64,000 nt of DNA from Escherichia coli (GCF_002854065.1 NZ_CP024147.1), one strand, 5' to 3'. Counted from the first letter of the stretch, positions 1-11,880 are shown. Numbers and translations are program-made. The notes: generated by a model not told the origin, from the sequence alone.

Positions 1-72
1 CGCGGCGTCCGGTCCGATATGGCGTTCAATAAAAGCGCCGCTGTTTTCAAGCTGGCTTAACGTCTGTGTCAT
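1..72 (-). CDS. gcvP: glycine dehydrogenase (decarboxylating) GcvP, first 24 codons only; gene continues beyond window start
   Basis: Minus-strand translation from ATG at 70-72 reads [24 protein letters not shown]; position downstream of gcvH fits gcvTHP operon. Confidence 0.85.
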
Positions 73-190
73 GAGCGATGGTTCCTGAAACGTGCAGTGA
101 ATTGTGAACCTCTCTCCTTGCGAAGAGAGTGAGGGTGAGGCATAAATTTTCCTCACCCTGATCCTCTCCCGCAGAAGAGGAATAAAGCCG

Positions 191-580
191 TTACTCGTCT
201 TCTAACAATGCTTCGTATGCGGTCGCATCCAGCAGTGATTCCAGTTCGCTTTCATCGCTGGCTTTGATTTTAAAGATCCAGCCACCTGCATACGGTTCGC
301 TGTTCACCAGTTCCGGGGAATCGCTCAGTGCGTCGTTTACCGCCACGATTTCACCGCTTACTGGCGCATAAATGTCTGACGCCGCTTTTACTGATTCGGC
401 AACCGCGCAGTCATCGCCCGCGCTAACCGTTGCGCCTACTTCCGGCAGGTCAACAAACACCATATCGCCTAACAGCTCCTGAGCGTGTTCGGTGATGCCA
501 ACGGTATAAGTGCCGTCGGCTTCTTTACGCAGCCATTCGTGTTCTTTGCTGTATTTCAGTTCTGCTGGTACGTTGCTCAT
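191..580 (-). CDS. gcvH: glycine cleavage system H protein (lipoyl carrier)
   Basis: ORF 191..583; product [17 protein letters not shown]... 129 aa from second Met; recognised GcvH. Confidence 0.95.
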
Positions 581-603
581 CAATCAATCTCCAAAAAAGT
601 AAA

Positions 604-1698
604 TCACGCGACGGCTTTGCCGTTACGCACAAAAACAGGTTTCGTCACTTTAACCGGCATTTCACGGTTGCGAATTTGCACAATCGCTGTTTCACCAATA
701 CCTTCCGGCACGCGCGCCAGCGCAATGCTGTAACCCAGCGTCGGGGAGAAAGTCCCGCTGGTGATAATGCCTTCATGCTGGTTGCCCTGCGCATCGGTAA
801 AACGTACCGGCAGTTCATTACGCAGCACGCCTTTTTCGGTCATCACCAGACCAACCAGTTTTTCTGTGCCATGTTCACGCTGCGCTTCCAGAGCTTCACG
901 ACCGATAAAGTCACGATCTGCCGGTTCCCAGGCGATGGTCCAGCCCATGTTGGCGGCTAAAGGAGAGATGGTTTCGTCCATCTCCTGACTATACAAATTC
1001 ATGCCTGCTTCCAGACGCAGCGTGTCACGCGCGCCCAGGCCGCATGGCTTAACGCCCGCTTCCACCAGCGCGCGCCAGAAATCCGCCGCTTTTTCATTGG
1101 GCAGCGCAATTTCATAGCCCGCTTCACCGGTATAACCAGTGGTGGCAATAAACAGATCCCCCGCCTGCACGCCAAAGAACGGTTTCATCCCTTCCACCGC
1201 CTGACGCTGGGCGTCATTAAACAGTGTGGCAGCTTTTGCCTGCGCATTCGGCCCTTGTACGGCGATCATGGAAAGGTCATCACGAACGGTAATTTCGATG
1301 CCGAAAGGTTCAGCGTGTTGGGTAATCCAGGAGAGGTCTTTTTCGCGGGTGGCGGAGTTAACAACGAGGCGGAAGAAATCTTCAGTAAAGTAGTAGACGA
1401 TGAGATCATCTATCACACCGCCAGAGGCATTCAACATCCCCGAGTAAAGGGCTTTGCCGCTTTTGGTGAGCTTCGCCACATCGTTCGCCAGCAGATAACG
1501 CAGAAACTCCCGGGTGCGGCTGCCGCGGAGATCGACGATGGTCATATGCGACACATCAAACATTCCGGCATCGGTACGTACCGCATGATGTTCGTCGATT
1601 TGCGAACCGTAATGCAGCGGCATCATCCAGCCGTGGAAATCCACCATGCGAGCGCCGCAAAGCGTGTGTTGTTCGTACAAAGGAGTCTGTTGTGCCAT
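604..1698 (-). CDS. gcvT: glycine cleavage system T protein (aminomethyltransferase)
   Basis: 364-aa [27 protein letters not shown]...; recognised GcvT; upstream of gcvH. Confidence 0.95.
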
Positions 1699-2145
1699 CT
1701 TGTCCTCATTGAATAAGCGGGGCTGACAACTTTTTCATGGTGAAATTATCACCACAAAACCCAGCATCGGAGCCACTCCCGGTCCCCAACGCAATCGTTC
1801 TCTTTTGCCTGAACTTACCACCGAAACAGACTGTTAACCATAAGGTAAAATTGATCATCACATTAGCTTATGGTTAAAAAATGCAAAAATCGCGACAGAA
1901 TAAAAAACCAAAAAACACACCAGTTTCTATACAAAGATGATGTGATGAGAAAGTCAATTTGAATAAGACAATATTAAGAGCTAAAAAAATGTCAAAAAAC
2001 ACTAAATCAAAAAATCATGGCATTAGAAAATATAATGCGAAAACGGAGGTGAAATTAGTTTATTTCAAATGAGGAAAATCTCCCGGCGAAAAAACCGGGA
2101 GATGAAAGTGTGATGCGTATCAAATAAACAGCAGAAGAGAAATTT

Positions 2146-3348
2146 TTAACGCAGCCATTCAGGCAAATCGTTTAATCCCATTGCCTGACGGATAAGTTGT
2201 GGCTTAACGCCAGGAAGCGTGTCGGCCAGTTTCAAACCAATATCACGCAGCAGTTTTTTCGCCGGATTGGTACCGGAAAACAGATCGCGGAATCCCTGCA
2301 TACCAGCCAGCATCAGCGCCGCGCTGTGCTTGCGGCTACGTTCATAGCGGCGCAGGTAAATGTACTGCCCGATGTCTTTACCCTGACGATGCAACCGTTT
2401 CAGTTCAGCAATCAGCTCTGCGGCGTCCATAAAGCCGAGATTAACGCCCTGCCCCGCCAGTGGGTGAATGGTATGCGCGGCGTCGCCCACCAGCGCCAGA
2501 CGATGTGCGGCAAACTGGCGCGCATAACGCCCCGTCAGCGGGAACACCTGACGCTCGCTCTCAACCTTGCATAAGCCCAGGCGATTATCAAAAGCGATAT
2601 TTAACGCGCGATTAAATTCGTCTTCCCCTGCCTGCTGCATCCGCTGCGCTTCCTCTGGCGACAGCGACCAGACAATCGAGCAAAGATGCGGATCGCTAAG
2701 CGGCAAAAAGGCCAGAATGCCTTCGCCGTGGAAAACCTGCCGCGCCACCGCATCATGCGGTTCTTCCGTGCGTATGGTCGCTACCAGCGCGTGATGCTGA
2801 TAATCCCAGAAAGTCAGTGGAATATCGGCTTTGTTGCGCAACCAGGAATTAGCGCCGTCCGCGCCAATCACCAGACGCGCCGTTAACATACTGCCATCTT
2901 TCAGCGTCAGGAAGGTTTCGTTTTCTCCCCAGGCGACCTGCTGTAATTCTGCGGGGGCCAACAGAGTGATATCTGACGCCTGCTGCGCTTTGTTCCACAG
3001 CGCGTAGTGAATCACTGAGTTTTCAACGATATGCCCAAGATGGCTATAGCCCATGCTTTGATCGTCAAACGAAATGTGACCAAAACTGTCTTTGTCCCAC
3101 ACTTCCATGCCGTGATAGCAACTGGCCCTACGAGAGAGAATGTCCTGCCAGACGCCAAGACGGGTGAGTAATTTTTCGCTGGCGGCATTGATAGCCGAAA
3201 CGCGCAGTTGTGGTGGTGCATCCGCCGCCAGAGGTTCCGGTACGCGCTGCTCCAGTATGGCAACGCGTAAGCCGCTCCCCTGTAAGCCGCAGGCAACCGC
3301 CAGCCCCACCATGCCGCCGCCAACAATGGCTACATCAACACTTTGCAT
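2146..3348 (-). CDS. ubiI: FAD-dependent 2-octaprenylphenol hydroxylase UbiI (VisC)
   Basis: 400-aa ORF with N-terminal FAD motif VAIVGGGMVGLA; UbiH-paralog; conserved position. Confidence 0.9.
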   Translation of the reverse strand: MQSVDVAIVGGGMVGLAVACGLQGSGLRVAILEQRVPEPLAADAPPQLRVSAINAASEKLLTRLGVWQDILSRRASCYHGMEVWDKDSFGHISFDDQSMGYSHLGHIVENSVIHYALWNKAQQASDITLLAPAELQQVAWGENETFLTLKDGSMLTARLVIGADGANSWLRNKADIPLTFWDYQHHALVATIRTEEPHDAVARQVFHGEGILAFLPLSDPHLCSIVWSLSPEEAQRMQQAGEDEFNRALNIAFDNRLGLCKVESERQVFPLTGRYARQFAAHRLALVGDAAHTIHPLAGQGVNLGFMDAAELIAELKRLHRQGKDIGQYIYLRRYERSRKHSAALMLAGMQGFRDLFSGTNPAKKLLRDIGLKLADTLPGVKPQLIRQAMGLNDLPEWLR

Positions 3349-3370
3349 TGTTTATTCCTTAAAACCGCCT

Positions 3371-4549
3371 TCAACGCGCCACCCAACCGAGGGTGCGCTG
3401 CGCCAGCACATCGCGTGCCGGGGTGAATAATTCCATCGTCATCAGCCCGATGTTGCGCCCGACAACCAGTGGCGTCCAACGGTTGGCAAAAAGATGTACA
3501 AGGCTGTCCGTGACGCCAATGGTTGCTTCGCGATCGCTCTGTCGACGCTGCTGATAACGACACAATACGCCGTAATCACCCATGTCTTCTCCGCGCTCCT
3601 GCGCCTGAGTCAGGGTTTCCGCAAGGCTCATCACATCACGCATACCGAGATTAAATCCTTGCCCAGCGATGGGGTGCAGAGTTTGCGCCGCATTGCCCAC
3701 CAGCACGGTACGATGGGTAATAGGTTTAGCGGCGCGGGTTAACGCCAGCGGATAAGCACTGCGTTTACCGGCGTGGGTAATTTGCCCCAGTCGCCAGCCA
3801 AAGGCAGACTGGAGTTCACGGCAAAACTTCTCGTCGCTCCACGACAGCACCTCTTCGCGCCGTTCCAGTGGATGACACCAGACCAGCGAACAGCGTCCGT
3901 CAGACATCGGCAACATCGCCAGCGGGCCATGTTGCGTAAAGCGTTCAAACGCGCGGCCTTCGTGCGCAACAGAAGTCGCAACGTTGGCAATCACTGCCAG
4001 TTGTTCGTAAGGCTCCTGCTGCCAGTCAACGCCGCACACAGTGGCTAACGCTGAATGGGTGCCATCAGCGGCTACCAGCACGCGGCCCGTCAGCGTCTCG
4101 CCACACTCCAGCGTCACTTCAACATGACTCTGAGTACGGGCAACGTTAGCCACGCGATCCGGGCAATGCAGCGTTACGCCAGGTGCTTTGCGCAGCAATG
4201 CAAACAGTCGTTGCCCGACATTGTGCAATTCGACAACCTGCCCCAGCGCCGCCAGTTGGTAATCTTCTGCGGCGAGGGTGACGAATCCGGCATGACCACG
4301 ATCGCTGACTTGCACGGTAGTGATGGCGGTTGCGCAATCAGCCAGAGATTGCCAGACGCCGATGCGCGCCAGTTGCTGACAGGTCCCCGCCGCTAGAGCA
4401 ATAGCTCGTCCATCAAAGCCCGGATGAGCATGTGACTCTGGCGCGGTCGCTTCAATCAAATGTACCGGCAGCGCTCCGTGACTTAACCGGGAAATAGCCA
4501 GCGCCAGCGTCGCGCCCGCCATGCCGCCACCGACGATGATTACGCTCAT
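3371..4549 (-). CDS. ubiH: 2-octaprenyl-6-methoxyphenol hydroxylase UbiH
   Basis: 392-aa ORF MSVIIVGGGMAGATLALA...; FAD monooxygenase; overlaps pepP stop by 4 nt. Confidence 0.92.
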   Translation of the reverse strand: MSVIIVGGGMAGATLALAISRLSHGALPVHLIEATAPESHAHPGFDGRAIALAAGTCQQLARIGVWQSLADCATAITTVQVSDRGHAGFVTLAAEDYQLAALGQVVELHNVGQRLFALLRKAPGVTLHCPDRVANVARTQSHVEVTLECGETLTGRVLVAADGTHSALATVCGVDWQQEPYEQLAVIANVATSVAHEGRAFERFTQHGPLAMLPMSDGRCSLVWCHPLERREEVLSWSDEKFCRELQSAFGWRLGQITHAGKRSAYPLALTRAAKPITHRTVLVGNAAQTLHPIAGQGFNLGMRDVMSLAETLTQAQERGEDMGDYGVLCRYQQRRQSDREATIGVTDSLVHLFANRWTPLVVGRNIGLMTMELFTPARDVLAQRTLGWVAR

Positions 4550-5871
4550 TGCTTTCTCGCAGCTGCCATCAACGCTTCGATTTCTTCCGGCTTTTTCACC
4601 ACGCTGGCGGTGAGGTTTTCGTTACCGGTTTCGGTAATCACAATGTCGTCTTCAATACGAATGCCGATACCGCGATATTGTTCTGGCACTTCTGCATCCG
4701 GCGCAATATACAGCCCTGGCTCTACGGTCAGTACCATGCCCGGTTCCAGAATGCGCGAGCGATCCTGACCATAAACACCCACGTCATGGACATCCAGTCC
4801 TAACCAGTGGCTAAGGCCATGCATAAAGAAAGGACGATGGGCGTTCTGAGCGATCAGTTCATCAACATCACCTTTCAGGATGCCGAGTTTTACCAGGCCG
4901 CTAACCATGATGCGCACCACTTCACCGGTGACTTCCTGAATGGAAGTTCCCGGACGATACAGGCGCAGGCTGGTTTCGAGAGACTCCAGCACAATGTCGT
5001 AGATTTCACGCTGAGCCTGAGTGAATTTGCCGTTGACCGGGAAGGTGCGGGTAATATCGCCAGCGTAACCTTTGTATTCGCAACCCGCGTCAATCAACAC
5101 CAGATCGCCGTCGTGCAGTTCACACTCGTTTTCGGTGTAATGCAGAATGCAGCCGTTTTCACCGCTGCCGACAATGGTGTTATAGGAAGGATAGCGCGCG
5201 CCGTGGCGGTTAAATTCGTGGTGAATTTCGCCTTCCAGGTGGTACTCGAACATTCCCGGACGGCATTTTTCCATCGCCCGGGTATGCGCCAGGGCGGTGA
5301 TTTCACCCGCGCGGCGAAGTACGGCAATCTCTTCCGGCGATTTGAACAGGCGCATTTCATGAACAATGGGACGCCAGTCGATCATCGTTGCCGGCGCGGT
5401 GAGATTTTGCCGCGAACCTTTACGCAGTTTCTCAAGCGCGCTGTTCACGATTTCATCAGCATATGCATATTCGCCCTGGGCGTGGTAAACCACATCCAGA
5501 CCATTAAGTAGTTGATAAAGTTGCTGATTAATTTCGCTGAATGCCAGTGCGCGGTCAACGCCCAGTTTCTCTGGCGCGGCATCCTGACCTAAACGACGGC
5601 CAAACCAGATCTCCGCCGTCAGGTCGCGAACGCGGTTAAACAGAACGCTGTGGTTATGAGTGTCATCGCTTTTAATCAGCACCAGCACCGCTTCCGGTTC
5701 GTTAAAGCCGGTGAAGTACCAGAAGTCACTGTTCTGACGATAGGGGTATTCGCTGTCGGCGCTACGTGTTACTTCTGGTGCAGCAAAAATCAGCGCGGCG
5801 CTGCCGGGTTGCATTTGCTCCACCAGGGCCTGACGGCGACGCTGAAACTCTTGCCGGGATATCTCACTCAT
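4546..5871 (-). CDS. pepP: Xaa-Pro aminopeptidase (aminopeptidase P II)
   Basis: Track ORF 4546..6084 trimmed to internal Met (MSEISRQEFQRRRQAL...) giving 441 aa; M24 peptidase motifs. Confidence 0.92.
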   Translation of the reverse strand: MSEISRQEFQRRRQALVEQMQPGSAALIFAAPEVTRSADSEYPYRQNSDFWYFTGFNEPEAVLVLIKSDDTHNHSVLFNRVRDLTAEIWFGRRLGQDAAPEKLGVDRALAFSEINQQLYQLLNGLDVVYHAQGEYAYADEIVNSALEKLRKGSRQNLTAPATMIDWRPIVHEMRLFKSPEEIAVLRRAGEITALAHTRAMEKCRPGMFEYHLEGEIHHEFNRHGARYPSYNTIVGSGENGCILHYTENECELHDGDLVLIDAGCEYKGYAGDITRTFPVNGKFTQAQREIYDIVLESLETSLRLYRPGTSIQEVTGEVVRIMVSGLVKLGILKGDVDELIAQNAHRPFFMHGLSHWLGLDVHDVGVYGQDRSRILEPGMVLTVEPGLYIAPDAEVPEQYRGIGIRIEDDIVITETGNENLTASVVKKPEEIEALMAAARKQ

Positions 5872-5896
5872 AACACTCTCCTTACGTTTTTTGTTT

Positions 5897-6475
5897 TTAG
5901 TGTAGAGTCGGTTTTTGTACTTCTGGCGCGGTCGGTTGCGGATGAGTAAAGGTGTCGTGGCATAACAGCGCGGCAACACGGACGTATTCGATGATCTCTT
6001 CAAGCGACATTTCAAGCTCTTCCTGATCTTCGTCTTCGTCGTAGCCCAACTGCGCGATGTTACGCAGATCGTCGATGGCTTCACCGGTTTCGCCGGTCAC
6101 TTTGTCCAGCTTCGGTTGCGTAACGCCAAGACCAAGCAGGAAGTGATTGACCCAACCTGCCAGCGCATCAGCCCGATCGAAAACGCTGACATCATCGCCA
6201 TCAGGCAGATAAAGCTGAAAAAGGAAGCCGTCATCCTGCAGGGCATCGCTGGTGGCAGAGTGCATTTTACGCAGTGCCTGTGCCAGCTCATGACCGAAAG
6301 CCATGCCTTCGTTCGTCAGGTCGTGAAGTAGCGGTAGCCATGAGCTGTCATCGTTACCGCCACATATCATCCCACTGATTAAACCATGCATCTCAGCAGG
6401 GGTCAGACCCGTCCCTTGTTGGTTCAGATACTGGTTCATTTCGTTGTAACCAGGCATTTCGTTCTGTATAGACAT
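5897..6475 (-). CDS. ygfB: UPF0149 family protein YgfB
   Basis: ORF 5897..6481; product [15 protein letters not shown]... 192 aa from Met 3. Confidence 0.9.
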
Positions 6476-6576
6476 AAGCATTCGTCGTCAAAGGGAGGAA
6501 TATTCATGATATGCTACCACTTTGGGCCCTGGTGGACCAGAAAAGGGCTTGTCTCTTCTCATCAGGGTAGCTATAG

Positions 6577-6972
<396 letters not shown>

Positions 6973-7013
6973 CACTTTTCGGTTTACTGTGGTAGAGTAA
7001 CCGTGAAGACAAA

Positions 7014-7199
7014 ATTTCTCTGAGATGTTCGCAAGCGGGCCAGTCCCCTGAGCCGATATTTCATACCACAAGAATGTGGCGCTCCGCGGTTGGTGAGCAT
7101 GCTCGGTCCGTCCGAGAAGCCTTAAAACTGCGACGACACATTCACCTTGAACCAAGGGTTCAAGGGTTACAGCCTGCGGCGGCATCTCGGAGATTCCCT
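7014..7199 (+). ncRNA. ssrS: 6S RNA (RNA polymerase sigma70 holoenzyme regulator)
   Basis: Sequence ATTTCTCTGAGATGTTCGCAAGCGGGCCAGTCCCCTGAGCCGATATTTCATACCACAAGAATGTGGCGCTCCGCGG... matches the remembered E. coli 6S RNA; lies between zapA and fau as in the zapA-ssrS-fau operon. Confidence 0.9.
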
Positions 7200-7271
7200 T
7201 CTTATCTGGCACCAGCCATGACGCAACTACCAGAACTCCCACTGACATTATCCCGACAAGAAATCCGCAAA

Positions 7272-7820
7272 ATGATTCGGCAACGTCGTCGTACGTTAAC
7301 GCCGGAACAACAGCAGGAAATGGGTCAACAAGCCGCTACCCGGATGATGACTTATCCCCCGGTGGTGATGGCACATACGGTCGCTGTATTCCTCTCTTTT
7401 GATGGCGAACTCGACACCCAGCCACTCATAGAACAACTCTGGCGCGCCGGTAAGCGCGTATATCTTCCAGTTTTGCATCCCTTTAGTGCCGGTAATTTGC
7501 TGTTCCTGAATTACCATCCGCAAAGCGAACTGGTGATGAACAGGTTGAAGATCCATGAGCCAAAATTGGATGTGCGTGACGTGCTACCCCTTTCCCGATT
7601 AGACGTGTTGATCACACCGCTGGTCGCCTTTGATGAGTACGGTCAGCGCCTGGGAATGGGCGGTGGTTTTTATGATCGGACCTTACAAAACTGGCAGCAC
7701 TATAAAATGCAACCGGTGGGTTATGCGCATGATTGTCAGTTGGTGGAAAAACTCCCCGTTGAAGAGTGGGATATCCCACTGCCTGCGGTGGTTACACCGT
7801 CGAAAATCTGGGAGTGGTGA
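7272..7820 (+). CDS. fau: 5-formyltetrahydrofolate cyclo-ligase
   Basis: Track ORF 7074..7820 overlaps ssrS; trimmed to MIRQRRRTLTPEQQQEMGQQAATRMM... (182 aa) as in ygfA/fau. Confidence 0.88.
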   Translation: MIRQRRRTLTPEQQQEMGQQAATRMMTYPPVVMAHTVAVFLSFDGELDTQPLIEQLWRAGKRVYLPVLHPFSAGNLLFLNYHPQSELVMNRLKIHEPKLDVRDVLPLSRLDVLITPLVAFDEYGQRLGMGGGFYDRTLQNWQHYKMQPVGYAHDCQLVEKLPVEEWDIPLPAVVTPSKIWEW

Positions 7821-7874
7821 GGGCGACACACCTGCATCGCCCTGATTGACATCGTTGATTCTTTGACCTAATTT

Positions 7875-8020
7875 AGTGAGTAAGGGTAAGGGAGGATGAC
7901 TCCTCCCCTGAGACTGACTGTTAATAAGCTGGGAAACTTATGAGTAACAGTACAATCAGTATGATGACAAGTCGCATCATAACCCTTCTCCTTCAAGCCC
8001 TCGCTTCGGTGAGGGCTTTA
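7875..8020 (+). ncRNA. sibC: SibC antitoxin sRNA (type I toxin-antitoxin; approximate ends)
   Basis: Antisense to the ibsC ORF; contains Sib-like GGGAGG repeats (aagggtaagggaggatgactcctcccctga) and a 3' hairpin agccctcgcttcggtgagggct at 7996-8017; located between fau and serA. Confidence 0.6.
7921..7980 (-). CDS. ibsC: type I toxin IbsC (19-aa hydrophobic peptide)
   Basis: Minus-strand ORF atgatgcgacttgtcatcatactgattgtactgttactcataagtttcccagcttattaa = MMRLVIILIVLLLISFPAY; not in the supplied ORF track (too short). Confidence 0.8.
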   Translation of the reverse strand: MMRLVIILIVLLLISFPAY

Positions 8021-8208
8021 CCGTTACAGCCCTGTGCTGTCCCGCCATCGTAAATCCCCATTAAATAAACACAACGCATTGATCTGACTTTGATTTATTT
8101 TCTGGAGCAGACTCGCAAAGTAGAATGCGCAACGCGGCAACGGTGTGGAGAAGGGATAAAAAAACGGGCAAGTCAGTGACCTGCCCGTTGATTTTCAGAG
8201 AAGGGGAA

Positions 8209-9441
8209 TTAGTACAGCAGACGGGCGCGAATGGTACCCGGAATAGCTTTCATTGCCTGCAGCGCTTTTTCGGCAACGTCTTCGTCGGCTTCAATATCAA
8301 TAACCACATAACCCATCTGGGCGGAAGTTTGTAGATATTGCGCGGCGATGTTGACGCCCTGCTCGGCGAAGATTTTGTTCAGCGCAGTTAGCACGCCCGG
8401 ACGGTTTTCGTGGATGTGCATCAGACGACGCCCACCGTGCAGTGGCAGCGAGACTTCCGGGAAGTTCACCGCAGAGAGCGTTGAGCCATTGTCAGAATAC
8501 TTGATCAATTTACCCGCAACTTCCAGGCCAATATTCTCCTGCGCTTCCTGAGTCGAACCGCCAATGTGTGGCGTCAGAAGGACGTTGTCGAATTCACACA
8601 GCGGAGAGGTAAATGGATCGCTATTGGTCGCCGGTTCCGTCGGGAATACGTCGATTGCCGCCCCCGCCAGATGTTTGCTCGCCAGCGCATCACACAGCGC
8701 CGGAATATCCACCACAGTACCGCGCGAAGCATTAATCAGCAGCGAGCCGGGCTTCATTAGTGAAATTTCTTTCGCGCCCATCATATTTTTGGTGGACGGA
8801 TTCTCTGGTACATGCAGACTCACCACATCGCTCATATTCAGCAGGTCAGAAAGATGCTGTACCTGAGTGGCGTTGCCCAGCGGCAGTTTATTTTCAATAT
8901 CATAAAAGTAAACATACATTCCCAGCGATTCAGCCAGAATGCCCAATTGCGTACCAATATGACCGTAGCCGATGATACCCAGCTTTTTGCCGCGCGCTTC
9001 AAAAGACCCCGCCGCCAGTTTGTTCCACACGCCACGGTGCGCTTTAGCATTGGCTTCCGGCACGCCGCGCAATAGCAACAGCAGTTCGCCAATCACCAGC
9101 TCCGCAACAGAGCGCGTATTTGAGAACGGTGCGTTAAATACCGGGATCCCGCGCTTTGCCGCCGCATCCAGATCAACCTGGTTTGTTCCGATACAGAAAC
9201 AGCCAATAGCGACCAGCTTTTCTGCGGCGTTGATCACGTCTTCAGTCAGATGGGTACGGGATCGCAGGCCGATGAAGTGGGCATCGCGGATGGATTCTTT
9301 TAATTGTTCATCATCCAGCGCGCCTTTGTGAAATTCGATGTTGGTGTAACCAGCTGCACGAAGGCTTTCCAGCGCCTTTTGGTGCACTCCTTCTACCAGC
9401 AGAAACTTAATCTTGTCTTTCTCCAGCGATACCTTTGCCAT
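8209..9441 (-). CDS. serA: D-3-phosphoglycerate dehydrogenase
   Basis: 410-aa ORF MAKVSLEKDKIKFLLVEGVHQKALESL...; NAD-binding GIIGYGHIGTQ motif. Confidence 0.95.
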   Translation of the reverse strand: MAKVSLEKDKIKFLLVEGVHQKALESLRAAGYTNIEFHKGALDDEQLKESIRDAHFIGLRSRTHLTEDVINAAEKLVAIGCFCIGTNQVDLDAAAKRGIPVFNAPFSNTRSVAELVIGELLLLLRGVPEANAKAHRGVWNKLAAGSFEARGKKLGIIGYGHIGTQLGILAESLGMYVYFYDIENKLPLGNATQVQHLSDLLNMSDVVSLHVPENPSTKNMMGAKEISLMKPGSLLINASRGTVVDIPALCDALASKHLAGAAIDVFPTEPATNSDPFTSPLCEFDNVLLTPHIGGSTQEAQENIGLEVAGKLIKYSDNGSTLSAVNFPEVSLPLHGGRRLMHIHENRPGVLTALNKIFAEQGVNIAAQYLQTSAQMGYVVIDIEADEDVAEKALQAMKAIPGTIRARLLY

Positions 9442-9696
9442 TTACCCAATCCTGTCTTTTGAAATGTTGTGTGCGGATTTGCGTCCGCCTTTCAACATAT
9501 CAAAAAATAATATTGCGGCAATATGAACGTTTGCGTCGCGATGTTGAGGAAATATCACGCAAAGGTAATTCTTGGATGAATATGCTGGTTTAGAGGATTT
9601 ATTTAGAGCAATCGACAATAGCCAGGTAAAAACGTGACACATGTCACCAAATTTAATGAAGAGAATTTTTTTAACGGGGGAGGTTCCCCCGTCAGA

Positions 9697-10356
9697 TCAT
9701 TTCACAATGGTTTTGACACCGTCAGGTGTGCCAATCAGCGCAACGTCCGCGCCACGGTTAGCAAACAAGCCAACAGTCACCACGCCAGGAATCGCATTTA
9801 TGGCGTTTTCCATCGCTATCGGGTCAAGGATTTCCATGCCGTGGACGTCGAGGATCACGTTGCCATTATCGGTCACCACGCTCTGACGGTATTCCGGACG
9901 ACCGCCCAGTTTCACCAGCTGGCGCGCCACTGCACTACGTGCCATCGGGATAACTTCTACTGGCAGCGGGAATTTACCCAGAATATCAACCTGCTTGGAA
10001 GCGTCTGCAATACAGATAAATTTTTCTGCAACCGAAGCAATGATTTTTTCACGGGTCAGCGCCGCGCCGCCGCCTTTGATCATTTGCATGTGGCCGTTGA
10101 TTTCATCTGCGCCATCAACGTAGATGCCAAGGCTGTCGACTTCGTTGAGATCAAAAACGTGAATGCCGAGGCTTTTCAGTTTTTCAGTGGAAGCATCTGA
10201 ACTGGAAACGGCCCCTTCAATCTGGCCTTTCATTGTACCGAGCGCGTCAATAAAGTGTGCGGCGGTGGAACCTGTACCTACACCAACAATGGTGCCGGGC
10301 TGAACATACTGAAGTGCCGCCCATCCTACTGCTTTTTTCAATTCATCCTGCGTCAT
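9697..10356 (-). CDS. rpiA: ribose-5-phosphate isomerase A
   Basis: Track ORF 9697..10428 trimmed to [31 protein letters not shown]... (219 aa). Confidence 0.93.
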   Translation of the reverse strand: MTQDELKKAVGWAALQYVQPGTIVGVGTGSTAAHFIDALGTMKGQIEGAVSSSDASTEKLKSLGIHVFDLNEVDSLGIYVDGADEINGHMQMIKGGGAALTREKIIASVAEKFICIADASKQVDILGKFPLPVEVIPMARSAVARQLVKLGGRPEYRQSVVTDNGNVILDVHGMEILDPIAMENAINAIPGVVTVGLFANRGADVALIGTPDGVKTIVK

Positions 10357-10411
10357 GATCGTTTCGCCTGTGGTATGAAATTTCACACGCATTATATACA
10401 AAAAAAGCGAT

Positions 10412-10642
10412 TCAGACCCCGTTGGCAAGCCGCGTGGTTAACTCATCCATAAAATATCGCGCAATGGCAGGCATCCCCTTTCGCCCCGCAAATAAGGCAT
10501 GCAACAATCTGGGTATGCCGCTCCACGGTGCAAACAGGCGCACCAGTTCACCGTTCGCAAGCCCCTGTTTACAGGCAAATTGAGGCAATAACGCCACGCC
10601 ATTCAACACAACCAAGGCGCGAACTCGCTGAGCGAAATGCAT
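10412..10642 (-). pseudogene. yqfE: LysR-family regulator C-terminal fragment (yqfE-like remnant)
   Basis: 76-aa ORF resembles only the C-terminal effector-domain end of a LysR regulator; no HTH N-terminus; location between rpiA and argP. Confidence 0.4.
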
Positions 10643-10783
10643 TAGCGCAAATCCCTGATCTTTTAAGCTGCGTGTTTAACCACGAATACAAATGTTACCC
10701 GCCGACGGCTTCGGTATATGCAACCTGACACAAAATTGTGTCATAGTGCAGGAAAAAGCATTTACCAGGAGCAGACAACAGCA

Positions 10784-11677
10784 ATGAAACGCCCGGACTA
10801 CAGAACATTACAGGCACTGGATGCGGTGATACGTGAACGAGGATTTGAGCGCGCGGCACAAAAGCTGTGCATTACACAATCAGCCGTCTCACAGCGCATT
10901 AAGCAACTGGAAAATATGTTCGGGCAGCCGCTGTTGGTGCGTACCGTACCGCCGCGCCCGACGGAACAAGGGCAAAAACTGCTGGCACTGCTGCGCCAGG
11001 TGGAGTTGCTGGAAGAAGAGTGGCTGGGCGATGAACAAACCGGTTCGACTCCGCTGCTGCTTTCACTGGCGGTCAACGCCGACAGTCTGGCGACGTGGTT
11101 GCTTCCTGCACTGGCTCCTGTGTTGGCTGATTCGCCTATCCGCCTCAACTTGCAGGTAGAAGATGAAACCCGCACTCAGGAACGTCTGCGCCGCGGCGAA
11201 GTGGTCGGCGCGGTGAGTATTCAACATCAGGCGCTGCCGAGTTGTCTTGTCGATAAACTTGGTGCGCTCGACTATCTGTTCGTCAGCTCAAAACCCTTTG
11301 CCGAAAAATATTTCCCTAACGGCGTAACGCGTTCGGCATTACTGAAAGCGCCAGTGGTCGCGTTTGACCATCTTGACGATATGCACCAGGCCTTTTTGCA
11401 GCAAAACTTCGATCTGCCTCCAGGCAGCGTGCCCTGCCATATCGTTAATTCTTCAGAAGCGTTCGTACAACTTGCTCGCCAGGGCACCACCTGCTGTATG
11501 ATCCCGCATCTGCAAATCGAGAAAGAGCTGGCCAGCGGTGAACTGATTGACTTAACGCCTGGGCTATTTCAACGACGGATGCTCTACTGGCACCGCTTTG
11601 CTCCTGAAAGCCGCATGATGCGTAAAGTCACTGATGCGTTACTCGATTATGGTCACAAAGTCCTTCGTCAGGATTAA
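10784..11677 (+). CDS. argP: LysR-family transcriptional regulator ArgP (IciA)
   Basis: Track ORF 10718..11677 trimmed to [43 protein letters not shown]... (297 aa). Confidence 0.93.
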
Positions 11678-11880
11678 TCCATCAAATAATGCCTGATAGC
11701 ACATATCAGGCGTTGTCCTCACTTCTTTTTGTATTCCTTGAATCACATCACAAAATAGACAAATCTCAGGCGGCAAAAAACGACGTCTGAATGCATTTTT
11801 TTTGCTGGCGACAAACCCACGTAAAAAGCTCACCGTAGGCGCAAATACCCTCATTTTGATTGCGTTTTACGGAGCAAATA

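Noticed and set aside
7074-7271. The 5' extension of the fau ORF in the track (248 aa from 7074)
   Set aside because: The extension overlaps the 6S RNA gene; the fau start at 7272 gives the expected 182-aa protein.
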